Positions 1 to 7,494 of a DNA stretch of 19,503 bases are shown here, in pieces (position 1 is the first letter of the stretch; each line of letters opens with the position of its first letter). The stretch is from positions 64,001 through 83,503 of the IMG/VR virus record IMGVR_UViG_3300005836_000011. One strand, 5' to 3'. Source of the DNA: a virus (Duplodnaviria; Heunggongvirae; Uroviricota; Caudoviricetes). Under the pieces are notes generated by a model. It was given only the letters and a program-made list of their open reading frames with translations. It searched no databases and was not told where the DNA came from. The translations under genes were made by a program, and so were the position numbers.

Positions 1-1
1 T

Positions 2-442
2 CGCCGCAAGACTGAGGCTTGGACGTTTGAGGCACAGCAAGCCCTCGCTGCTACTGGTGAGGACGACCTGCGCGACGTTATTTCACAGGTTCACTCGACG
101 AATCCCACGCCCGAAGAAGTGCGCGAGATTCGCGAGAGTGTGAAGCTCGCCAAGCTCGACCCGGCTGAGGCGGCTGAGGCTGCCAAAGCAAAGGCAAAGC
201 GCGAGAGGGAGACGGCAGCAAGCAAGACTGAGGAGCTTGCTACTTCCCTCAAGCCGATGTTGAAGAAGGTTCGCAGCGATTCGGAATTCGCCGCGTTTCT
301 CCTCGGAGTCGAGATCGGCATTGCACATCGCGATGCCAAGCTAATCGGAAACGCAGTCAAGCAGGTTCGGCAGCAACGCGACGCAGGAGCGAAGGCCGTG
401 CAGACGGCAGCCGCCAAGCTCGCAGAAAAGACTGCCGCGTAA
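2..442 (+). CDS. Hypothetical Ala/Lys-rich helical protein, 5'-truncated by window edge
   Basis: Frame of ORF 119..442 is open back to base 2; TAA at 440-442 followed by a strong terminator. Confidence 0.75.
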   Translation, partial: RRKTEAWTFEAQQALAATGEDDLRDVISQVHSTNPTPEEVREIRESVKLAKLDPAEAAEAAKAKAKRERETAASKTEELATSLKPMLKKVRSDSEFAAFLLGVEIGIAHRDAKLIGNAVKQVRQQRDAGAKAVQTAAAKLAEKTAA

Positions 443-480
443 CACCACTACTTCCCGCCAAGCCACACTCTCGCATTACA

Positions 481-511
481 GCCCCGGAGCTTCGGCTCCG
501 GGGCTTTTTTT
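481..511 (+). terminator. Rho-independent terminator
   Basis: GCCCCGGAGC-TTCG-GCTCCGGGGC perfect 10-bp stem, C(UUCG)G loop, then T7. Confidence 0.93.
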
Positions 512-556
512 GTGCCCGGATTCGGGCGGCCGAGCGGGGAAGTTCTAGGTTCCTAG

Positions 557-589
557 ACGTACGCGCGCACGCACGCGCGCACGCGCGCG
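557..589. repeat. Alternating purine-pyrimidine tract (potential Z-DNA)
   Basis: ACGTACGCGCGCACGCACGCGCGCACGCGCGCG, 33 nt of unbroken RY alternation. Confidence 0.8.
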
Positions 590-612
590 AGGGGGACGGC
601 TGGACGCGGCCG

Positions 613-948
613 GATTCATGCACGTTCATGGAGCTCGAGCTCCGGCCGGGCGCCGGAGTCATGCACGTTCATGCACGCCCGGAGCGGCCGAGATTCATGC
701 AGGTTTCCGGAGCGCGCAGGATTCGTGTAGGTAGGTCTAGGAACCTAGAGCTCCTCGAGCCGGATTCTCACGCCAGCGTGAAGTCTGGAGCCGGCCGGAT
801 TCATGCAGGATCGGAGTGGCGGCCATTCATGTACGTTCGGGCGGGCCGAGATTCATGCAGGGTAGCCCCTGGCCGGGGCTCGAGTCATGCAGGATTCGGA
901 GCCGTCTGGATGCATACATGTTCTCAGAAATGGCTACAGTCATGCTGC
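613..948 (+). repeat. Cluster of about 9 imperfect direct repeats GA(T/G)TCATGCA(G/C)G in a probably non-coding region
   Basis: Copies starting at 613, 656, 692, 720, 798, 824, 850, 882, 937. Confidence 0.8.
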
Positions 949-972
949 TTATGCACTAGTACCTGCTATACT
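944..972 (+). promoter_or_regulatory. Putative sigma70/SigA-type extended -10 promoter P1
   Basis: TGc-TATACT at 964-972; homologous to 5144-5172 and 11554-11582; upstream of first small-gene run. Confidence 0.65.
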
Positions 973-1019
973 TTAGATAGTGAGGGAACGCGTTAGGCGC
1001 CTCACGGGAAAGGAGATCC

Positions 1020-1319
1020 ATGCTCACGGAACACTCTGTGACTTATGGAGATCCCGGCGGAAGGCACACCGTCATCACTCGTTCGATCTATGGGCCGGGA
1101 CGCGAAGATCGCGACCGCAGAATTCTCGGCACAGAGATCACGGCGGAGAGGTGGTTCGAGGGTGAGATGGCTGGATGGAAGTTCATCGAGTCATGCACAG
1201 AGACCCGGCAGTTCGGCCACATCTCTGAGGCGCAGGCCTGGATGGACGAGATGCTCCACGCCTGGGATCTCGCGCAGGTCAAGAAGTCGGGCGGAACGAA
1301 GCTCGTCGTTCTCTCCTGA
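1020..1319 (+). CDS. Hypothetical protein (99 aa)
   Basis: GAAAGGAG RBS at 1008-1015, ATG start. Confidence 0.85.
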   Translation: MLTEHSVTYGDPGGRHTVITRSIYGPGREDRDRRILGTEITAERWFEGEMAGWKFIESCTETRQFGHISEAQAWMDEMLHAWDLAQVKKSGGTKLVVLS

Positions 1320-1411
1320 CTCGCTGCCATCCCTGCCGATGCAAGCTGTCGGCTGGGATGGGAGCGTCTAGGAACCTAGATTGCTCCATCCTCGATCGAA
1401 AGGAGTTGGCA

Positions 1412-1726
1412 ATGTCCACTCTCGAACGGTTGATCGAGGAGGCCGAGAAGATCGCAGGCGACGGTAACTCTATCGTCGTCTGGGATTCCAGGGATACCGC
1501 CTATGGCGGAACTCGCCTGGAGATTCAGCCCGCTCCGCTCGGTGGCTACCGGGCAATCATGCAAGACGGCGCCGGCATTTGCACGTCTATCTGGCGTCCT
1601 GATTGCAAGATGGTCGAAGCTGCCATGAGCGCGCTGGATGCGTATCTCGGCATCCTCAATCCCAAGATCGAGTCACCGCCGATCTACGTTCGGCAAGTCG
1701 ACTCGAGCGTCTGGGAACTGCTCTAG
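1412..1726 (+). CDS. Hypothetical protein (104 aa)
   Basis: Start reassigned to ATG 1412 after GAAAGGAG RBS; follows dyad site 1367. Confidence 0.85.
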   Translation: MSTLERLIEEAEKIAGDGNSIVVWDSRDTAYGGTRLEIQPAPLGGYRAIMQDGAGICTSIWRPDCKMVEAAMSALDAYLGILNPKIESPPIYVRQVDSSVWELL

Positions 1727-1807
1727 CCTGCCTGCCCTACACGGATGCGTGCACGATTCGTGTAGGGAGGGGAGTCTAGGAACCTAGATTCCGAACGAAG
1801 GAGAGTC

Positions 1808-2083
1808 ATGCCGCTCATGACGCAGCTTCACGATCGCGGCGGCAAGCTCCGAAGTATCCCGTGGTCATGGGAAGATCGCATGATCCTCGCGGAGTACGTT
1901 CTCCTCGACGGCGGTACAGTCGGGGATGCGAAGGCTCCTGAGGACTGGGGTCTGCTCAACATGGGGTACATCGGTGCCGGTTGCGATCACACCTTCGCGA
2001 ACACCTTTGGCTACTGCCAGGTGGACACGAAGAAGGCGATCTGGGTGCGCCCAGGTCAGCGTTACCACGAGTACCGCTCTTAG
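1808..2083 (+). CDS. Hypothetical protein (91 aa)
   Basis: GAAGGAG RBS; follows dyad site 1775. Confidence 0.85.
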   Translation: MPLMTQLHDRGGKLRSIPWSWEDRMILAEYVLLDGGTVGDAKAPEDWGLLNMGYIGAGCDHTFANTFGYCQVDTKKAIWVRPGQRYHEYRS

Positions 2084-2162
2084 CCTGCCTGCCCCGCCGG
2101 GATTCATGCATGACCCCGACGGGGAGGAGAGTCTAAGAACTTAGACTCGGAAAGGAGTCCTC

Positions 2163-2414
2163 ATGACCGAGGACGTCGTCGTCTACAAGATCAACTGCGA
2201 CGACTACCGGACAGAACCGGAGTTTCCATCGGTCGGGAGGGACACACTCGAGGTGGCAAAGGAGTTCTGTCGGCGCCCCAAGTGGCCGTACAAGCTCTCG
2301 GATCACTTCATCGGTGTAGACGACTGGGGTCATGGCAACGTCGTCTGCGCCACGCCGTCCTTCTCGAACTGGATCGGTCAGTCGTTTCGCGAAGTGAAGC
2401 GCACGCTGCACTAG
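2163..2414 (+). CDS. Hypothetical protein (83 aa)
   Basis: GAAAGGAG RBS; follows dyad site 2132. Confidence 0.85.
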   Translation: MTEDVVVYKINCDDYRTEPEFPSVGRDTLEVAKEFCRRPKWPYKLSDHFIGVDDWGHGNVVCATPSFSNWIGQSFREVKRTLH

Positions 2415-2501
2415 CTTCTCGATCCTGCTACCCGCAGATGCGTGTGGGCGCAGGGTCGAGAGTCTAGGAACTTAGACTAGACTCCGAAAGGAGGTGGAAC
2501 G

Positions 2502-2627
2502 ATGCGCGGATCGGTAACGACCATGCTCATCGTTGTCGTTGTGTTCGTGGCGGGTTTCTTTCTGCTTGCTCGAGCAGCAGACCAGGAGTTCCGTTCACAA
2601 GAGTGCCGTCTAACCTGCACTCCGTAG
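2502..2627 (+). CDS. Small membrane protein (41 aa, MRGSVTTMLIVVVVFVAGFFLLARAADQEFRSQECRLTCTP)
   Basis: Not in ORF track; GAAAGGAGG RBS after dyad site 2463; one hydrophobic segment. Confidence 0.75.
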   Translation: MRGSVTTMLIVVVVFVAGFFLLARAADQEFRSQECRLTCTP

Positions 2628-2701
2628 GGAAAGGCTGCCATCCTCGCTGACTTGTGCTGCGGGGATGGGAGTCTAAACTTAGACTTCGGGAAGGAGGCTT
2701 T

Positions 2702-3016
2702 ATGGCCGATCTTTCCTGGGAAAGCGTCTCCGGGCGCGATGATCCCGAACAGCGATTCCGCCTTTATCGCCGAGACTACACAGGCGAGAGAACGCTCATC
2801 GCGACGTGCGCGAGCGAGGAAGCTGTCGGGGTGGCGATATGTCAGCTCGGACGCGAGGGAACGTGGCTCGATTGCGCTCTCGGCATTCTGGATACTCGTC
2901 CTGCGGAGGGCGATCCCAAGTGGATTGTCCTACCGTGGGAGGCCAGCGCCAAGAACGTGCATGAAGCTGCGCGCACGCTCGGGAAAGCGCGTCGCAAGAG
3001 TCGTCTAGGAACCTAG
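2702..3016 (+). CDS. Hypothetical protein (104 aa), ends RLGT* within dyad site
   Basis: AAGGAGG RBS at 2691-2697, ATG 2702 in frame with ORF 2654..3016. Confidence 0.85.
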   Translation: MADLSWESVSGRDDPEQRFRLYRRDYTGERTLIATCASEEAVGVAICQLGREGTWLDCALGILDTRPAEGDPKWIVLPWEASAKNVHEAARTLGKARRKSRLGT

Positions 3017-3095
3017 GCGGTTCTCATTCCCGTCGATTCATGCGGCGGGGATGAGAGTGGGGGAAAGCCCCGCTCGGAACCAGAAGGAGGCTCTT

Positions 3096-3353
3096 GTGGA
3101 CCGTAGAGAGGTCTGGGAGCAAATCGTCTGGACGCTCGAGCAGAAGTTCACCTCTGGCGAGTTCGACGAGGGTGAGTTTCGTGTTGCCAACAATCCGGCA
3201 ATGCGTAGCATCACCATCATTGAGAACTCGACCTCGCAGGCGTTCATGCTGCTCGACGTCACTGGCGCGACGTTTGGGGGTGGAAGGAATCCTGGCGACG
3301 CCATCGTCGTGCAGCTTCCCGTCCATCACAGCGCGAAGGTGCTAGGAACCTAG
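3096..3353 (+). CDS. Hypothetical protein (85 aa), ends VLGT* within dyad site
   Basis: GAAGGAGG RBS, GTG 3096 in frame with ORF 3051..3353. Confidence 0.8.
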   Translation: MDRREVWEQIVWTLEQKFTSGEFDEGEFRVANNPAMRSITIIENSTSQAFMLLDVTGATFGGGRNPGDAIVVQLPVHHSAKVLGT

Positions 3354-3428
3354 CCCCCAGTTGCCATCCCCTCGGTTCGGAGGGGATGGGAGCTGACAAT
3401 CGTTAGTTCCGAACCCGAAAGGAACGAG

Positions 3429-3656
3429 ATGCTGACTTTCATCATCCTCGTGTCTTTCGTGGTCGTGTGCATCCTCGTGCTTGCTCTGCGCGAGTTCTCG
3501 CTTCGGCGCAAGGCCGAGGTCGAGTGGCTCGAGGAGCAGATCGAGGAGGACGTCGTCGCTGGAGTGTTCGATTGGGATTACTCCGGTCTGACGAGGATGG
3601 ATGTGCCGGGGAAGTATCCGGCGCTCCGCACACGCTCCACGAAGGTGCACGTCTAG
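3429..3656 (+). CDS. Small N-terminally membrane-anchored protein (75 aa)
   Basis: GAAAGGA RBS; hydrophobic N-terminus LTFIILVSFVVVCILVLAL; stop inside dyad site 3652. Confidence 0.8.
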   Translation: MLTFIILVSFVVVCILVLALREFSLRRKAEVEWLEEQIEEDVVAGVFDWDYSGLTRMDVPGKYPALRTRSTKVHV

Positions 3657-3660
3657 GAAC

Positions 3661-4227
3661 CTAGACCCCCCGTGCTTTTTCAGGCGGGGGGTCCTTTTTT
3701 GTGCTCTCAAAGAGGTTCGTGTGCAAGTTGCGCGGGATCTCCGCTGCTCTTGCTCGTTGCCACAAGGAGGGCTCGTGTCCGAGGTAGTGGCAGATTCGTG
3801 TGCCGAGAGCCACGTCTAAGTCCTCGACCCAGTACGAGATGTGCGTTCGGCCGATCAGACGTTCATGTATGAGTGCGTGCCACTTGCGCTGGAACTTCAG
3901 TGCCTGGTTCGGAGCTGGTGAGATGTGTACATGCTGGCGCGCGAAGGTTGTGTACCCCGATTCCGGTACATGGAAGAACTCATGTCGTTCGAGTGATGCC
4001 GCAGAGAGCTTGAGGTTACGCCACTGATGCAGAATGAGTAGGTCGGCCGGCGCTTCATTCAAGTAGGGTGCGGCAAGCCAGGATGATTCTCCGTAGGGAG
4101 TTTCCCAATCGTGATCGCCGTGCAGGTTGAATGCATTCTCATGCAGCGTAGGGATGCCGAGAGCCGTGAAGAAAGCCGCGGCATACAGTGTCCCGGAGCG
4201 TGGAGCGGATACGACAAGCAGCCTCAC
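3661..4227 (-). CDS. Sulfotransferase-like protein (188 aa)
   Basis: N-terminal LLVVSAPRSGTLY matches the PAPS-binding 5'-PSB loop (xxPRSGT) of sulfotransferases; GTG start. Confidence 0.7.
   Translation of the reverse strand: MRLLVVSAPRSGTLYAAAFFTALGIPTLHENAFNLHGDHDWETPYGESSWLAAPYLNEAPADLLILHQWRNLKLSAASLERHEFFHVPESGYTTFARQHVHISPAPNQALKFQRKWHALIHERLIGRTHISYWVEDLDVALGTRICHYLGHEPSLWQRARAAEIPRNLHTNLFESTKKDPPPEKARGV
3664..3700 (+). terminator. Rho-independent terminator ending first small-gene run
   Basis: GACCCCCCG...CGGGGGGTC 9-bp stem followed by T6; overlaps 3' end of convergent gene. Confidence 0.8.
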
Positions 4228-4495
4228 ATGCTAAGAACCTAGCAACCTTGCACAATCCCTACACATCGACTCCCAGCGTAGCTTTAGCGCACCACAGCGA
4301 CAGCGAAGTGTTCCCATCTTCTACCGCCGGCGTGATGTGGATTCATGCAGCTTTGCGAGTGCTGTTACCGCCAGCGTGAAGGTTGCTGCCACGATATTGG
4401 TGGTGATGCATGTTTTGCAAACGTTGCAGCAGACAGTCGCGCTCTGGCCAGCGTCTGCGTAGCGCGCTGCTGTCAATCGAAGATTCATGCAGGTT

Positions 4496-5062
4496 CTATT
4501 TTCGAGTGTCTATGAGGACATGGGCACGTAGATCTGATTGCAACTTCGATATTTGAATCGCCTGATGCTGCTGCTGTGTCTCGAGCAGTGTGATTCGCCG
4601 TTCTACTATTGGTTTGTCTCGATTCCAGGCAGATTCACGCTGAATCTGCTGTGAGACATCAGCTGCAGTGATGCCCTGACGAATGATCTGTCCAACTCCT
4701 ATCGCGATCAATGTTGCCATGATCCCGGCAGCCGCAACCCACGCCGTTTGTCGTCCGCGCCCCTCATTCTGGCGCTGTGAAAGAACCTCCACCTGCTTCT
4801 GGAGTAGATCGTGCGCCGAGAGCGGCGTAAACCCACGCTCACGATCATTCATGGCCCCGCGCCATTCGTTCTGAGACTGCCGAACGCGCTCTGCTTCGGC
4901 TTCCGCCTTGTCGATCGCTTTCTGCGATGACAACATCGCGAGGTTGACCTGCTTCTCTCGCTCTGCCAGGACTTGGTCGATCCTGCGAATCTCAGAGTCA
5001 AATAGATCCTTCAGAGACTGCAGATCCGTTGCATTGGCTACGCACCGTTCGTGATCATTCAT
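4496..5062 (-). CDS. Coiled-coil protein with one central transmembrane helix (188 aa)
   Basis: Helical Q/E/K-rich segments flanking AWVAAAGIMATLIAIGVG. Confidence 0.7.
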   Translation of the reverse strand: MNDHERCVANATDLQSLKDLFDSEIRRIDQVLAEREKQVNLAMLSSQKAIDKAEAEAERVRQSQNEWRGAMNDRERGFTPLSAHDLLQKQVEVLSQRQNEGRGRQTAWVAAAGIMATLIAIGVGQIIRQGITAADVSQQIQRESAWNRDKPIVERRITLLETQQQHQAIQISKLQSDLRAHVLIDTRK

Positions 5063-5143
5063 ATGAGAAATGATCGCTGCTGATTAGGTCTTGATGCGCG
5101 CATATTCATGCAGGATCCGTGAACGGGGTTGAGGGTTGATGAT

Positions 5144-5172
5144 TTGGCTTACACACTAGTATCTGCTATGAT
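5144..5172 (+). promoter_or_regulatory. Putative sigma70/SigA-type promoter P2
   Basis: TTGGCT (5144-5149), 17 bp, TATGAT (5167-5172) with extended TG. Confidence 0.7.
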
Positions 5173-5265
5173 TTATGCAGGTGGAGATGTATCCACTGTT
5201 GGTTCTACCCGCAGCCATTTCCGGTGCTGCGGAGACTCTAGGAACCTAGACCCGAAAGGAGAGCC

Positions 5266-5451
5266 ATGAGCGCAAGAGACGCGCTTTTGAAGGCTCGGGA
5301 GGCATGGGCGAAGCAGTCTATGCAGTTGGAACTCGAGCTGGAAGAGCCTCCAGACGAGCCATGCATCGGCACTTGCGGCCGCTGCGGGGCTTACTGGGAC
5401 ATGCGCTACTACGAGACGTGTCCGCCACCGTGTGGTGGTTACGTTGGCTAA
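5266..5451 (+). CDS. Small Cys-rich, zinc-ribbon-like protein (61 aa)
   Basis: GAAAGGAG RBS after dyad site 5237; CGRC...CPPPC. Confidence 0.8.
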   Translation: MSARDALLKAREAWAKQSMQLELELEEPPDEPCIGTCGRCGAYWDMRYYETCPPPCGGYVG

Positions 5452-5650
5452 GCGCAAGAAACACACGTGGGAGGTCGGCGTCGAGAACCTGCGTGCTGAA
5501 TACGAACGCCAGCACCTGCTAGTGACCTCCGCCATCGAATTGGATCCGACCTACAAACGACTTGCCGAGTCGTTTGGGGACGATCCGGAGTTGTGTCAGC
5601 TTCTGACCCAGATGCACCTCAACAGCCCTCGGGGCAGAAGAAAAAGGTAA
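5444..5650 (+). CDS. Hypothetical protein (about 68 aa; start uncertain, 5432 or 5444)
   Basis: Fills the gap in the + strand run; overlaps upstream stop. Confidence 0.6.
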   Translation: MAKRKKHTWEVGVENLRAEYERQHLLVTSAIELDPTYKRLAESFGDDPELCQLLTQMHLNSPRGRRKR

Positions 5651-5672
5651 CTCCAGAGAAAGGAGTTTTGTT

Positions 5673-5885
5673 ATGCCTGCGACCTCGCCTGAGGCGATTG
5701 CGAGAGCTCGTGAGCGTTCTCGCATCCAGTCGCGTAATCGCATCAAGACGTTTCCCGAGTACGTGGAAGCTGTAACGGAGACCACGCTGGTAGTGAGCTG
5801 CGAGCGTTGCTTCGCGTTCTTCGATACACCGCGTCGGCGCGGTGGACGGATTCGGAGGCTTTGCGACGAATGCAACAGCGACTAG
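5673..5885 (+). CDS. Small zinc-finger protein (70 aa)
   Basis: GAAAGGAG RBS; CERC...CDEC; similar to 11695..11910. Confidence 0.8.
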   Translation: MPATSPEAIARARERSRIQSRNRIKTFPEYVEAVTETTLVVSCERCFAFFDTPRRRGGRIRRLCDECNSD

Positions 5886-5976
5886 CGCGTTTCCCGGTCC
5901 TGCCACCTATATTTTTTTTTTGGGCGCGGGGCCGGGAGCTGCGATCTAGGATCCTAGCTCCAGAAGGAGGTGATCC

Positions 5977-6282
5977 ATGCCGTTAGATCCGATGGTATGG
6001 AAGTTGCCGCCTTACATGCGCCGCTTCCCCGACTTCATTGCCGAAGTCTATGAGTCGGAGGAAACCGCACTCGTCGATCTTCTCGAGTTGTGGTTGTGGA
6101 AGTGGGACCTCGCGGACGTGCATCCGGTCTTCGGGCACGCACCGAACAACTTCAAGATGGCCGAACGGCTCGGTCTCGAGGTCGAGGACTATCTTCGCAT
6201 TGAAGAAGAGTCCAGGGCGGTGCTCGACAAGCTCGATACGGCGCTCGGTGAGAGCGATACTCACGAGATGCCAGAGTCTTAG
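5977..6282 (+). CDS. Hypothetical acidic protein (101 aa)
   Basis: GAAGGAGGT RBS after dyad variant 5945. Confidence 0.85.
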   Translation: MPLDPMVWKLPPYMRRFPDFIAEVYESEETALVDLLELWLWKWDLADVHPVFGHAPNNFKMAERLGLEVEDYLRIEEESRAVLDKLDTALGESDTHEMPES

Positions 6283-6364
6283 GGGCTTCGATCCCACGTC
6301 GGTTACCGCTGGCGTGAGGTCGTGGCGTCTAGGAACCTAGGCGTAAACAACAGAAAGGAAATAG

Positions 6365-6613
6365 ATGATTCCGCAAATCAAGTACTTGGACGTTGCTCCC
6401 TCCAAGATGGACGAGCTTGTCTTTGTCGGAGTGGCGCACCAGACCACGATTGAGGACGACGGAGAAATTATCTCGCTCTACATCTATCCCCACGAACAGC
6501 ATCCCGCCCGTTACGTGTGCGAGACAGAGGAACTCGACGTTCTAACTGCCTCTGCTGACATCAACAACAAAGGCAATCTGCAAGGCATCGAAGTCATCCT
6601 GAAAAGGAGGTGA
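6365..6613 (+). CDS. Hypothetical protein (82 aa)
   Basis: GAAAGGA RBS after dyad site 6328. Confidence 0.8.
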   Translation: MIPQIKYLDVAPSKMDELVFVGVAHQTTIEDDGEIISLYIYPHEQHPARYVCETEELDVLTASADINNKGNLQGIEVILKRR

Positions 6614-6614
6614 T

Positions 6615-6785
6615 ATGAGGTTGATTCTCAACTCAATGATCGAGAAGTGCCCATTCCTCATCATGGTCGCTGCGCACTATCGGGACGATGGCACATGCAA
6701 GTGCGATGATCCCAAAGAGCGTGCTCGCATGATCGCAGAGTGGGGCTACACCGAGGAATCGTTCAAAAGAGCTGGCATCGTCTAA
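6615..6785 (+). CDS. Hypothetical protein (56 aa, MRLILNSMIEKCPFL...KRAGIV)
   Basis: Not in ORF track; AAGGAGGT RBS; TAA stop lies within dyad site 6781. Confidence 0.75.
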   Translation: MRLILNSMIEKCPFLIMVAAHYRDDGTCKCDDPKERARMIAEWGYTEESFKRAGIV

Positions 6786-6807
6786 GAACCTAGACAGGAG
6801 GGAGTTC

Positions 6808-7074
6808 ATGGCAACGTATGAGGTCTCGCTCGTCATCGACGGCATGGCGGGTGAAGTAGAGACTCATCGTAACGAGGGCGCTGCGTATGCAGCCGCGGAC
6901 AGGCTTGCGGAAGAGGCGAAGGATGTCGCCGACAAGCAGATCAAGTGGAATGTGTACGTCACTCCGCACTACTGCCGTCCGGACGAGGACGAATGCATGT
7001 GCGTTTCGTGGATGCCAGACCATCGACCCTATCGCTCCGGAAAAGGAGTGCAACCAGAAAGGGGTACGTCGTGA
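6808..7074 (+). CDS. Hypothetical protein with Cys/His cluster (88 aa)
   Basis: GGAGGGAG RBS; HYC...CMC...H. Confidence 0.8.
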   Translation: MATYEVSLVIDGMAGEVETHRNEGAAYAAADRLAEEAKDVADKQIKWNVYVTPHYCRPDEDECMCVSWMPDHRPYRSGKGVQPERGTS

Positions 7075-7424
7075 ACGCAAGAGGAACCAAGATCAAGGCT
7101 TCGGTCGAGGGACTGAAGGTTCTGATTCGCGCCAAGCTCGACCTGGAGACGGCCGAATACGAGAAGGACCAGGCGGAGTACGAGAAGAAGATCATCGCGT
7201 GGGCTGAGAACGTCAAGACAAAGATCGCGGCCATGACAGTCGACGAGATCATCGGCGACAAAGACAGGTACGGAAGGCTTGCATACCAAGCCTTTGAGGG
7301 TCGTCCTGAACCACCGCATCCAGTGGACGCGAACCATCAGCGCCTACTGAACATGCTGGAACTCACGAGCGATGACGTGATCGTGCTCTCGCTCGATTCC
7401 GAGTTCTACCGCTACCTCTCGTAG
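7071..7424 (+). CDS. Hypothetical coiled-coil protein (117 aa)
   Basis: GTGA overlap with upstream gene, GAAAGGGG RBS; in frame with ORF 6945..7424. Confidence 0.8.
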   Translation: MNARGTKIKASVEGLKVLIRAKLDLETAEYEKDQAEYEKKIIAWAENVKTKIAAMTVDEIIGDKDRYGRLAYQAFEGRPEPPHPVDANHQRLLNMLELTSDDVIVLSLDSEFYRYLS

Positions 7425-7433
7425 TCCAGACAC

Positions 7434-7465
7434 GGGGGCGCCCGATCTGTGTGTCGGGTGCCCCC
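7434..7465. other. GC-rich intergenic hairpin without U-tract
   Basis: GGGGGCGCCCGA...TCGGGTGCCCCC. Confidence 0.6.
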
Positions 7466-7494
7466 ATTACGCACGTCCTGAAAGGAAAAGATCC

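Noticed and set aside
357-996. ORFs 357..662 (-) and 628..996 (+) as real genes
   Set aside because: They translate the repeat cluster, terminator and RY tract, lack an RBS and have low-complexity Arg/Ser/Gly composition
1320-2683. Canonical integron attC sites
   Set aside because: No RYYYAAC/GTTRRRY boxes at the hairpin ends and no integron integrase in the window; retained only as an architectural analogy
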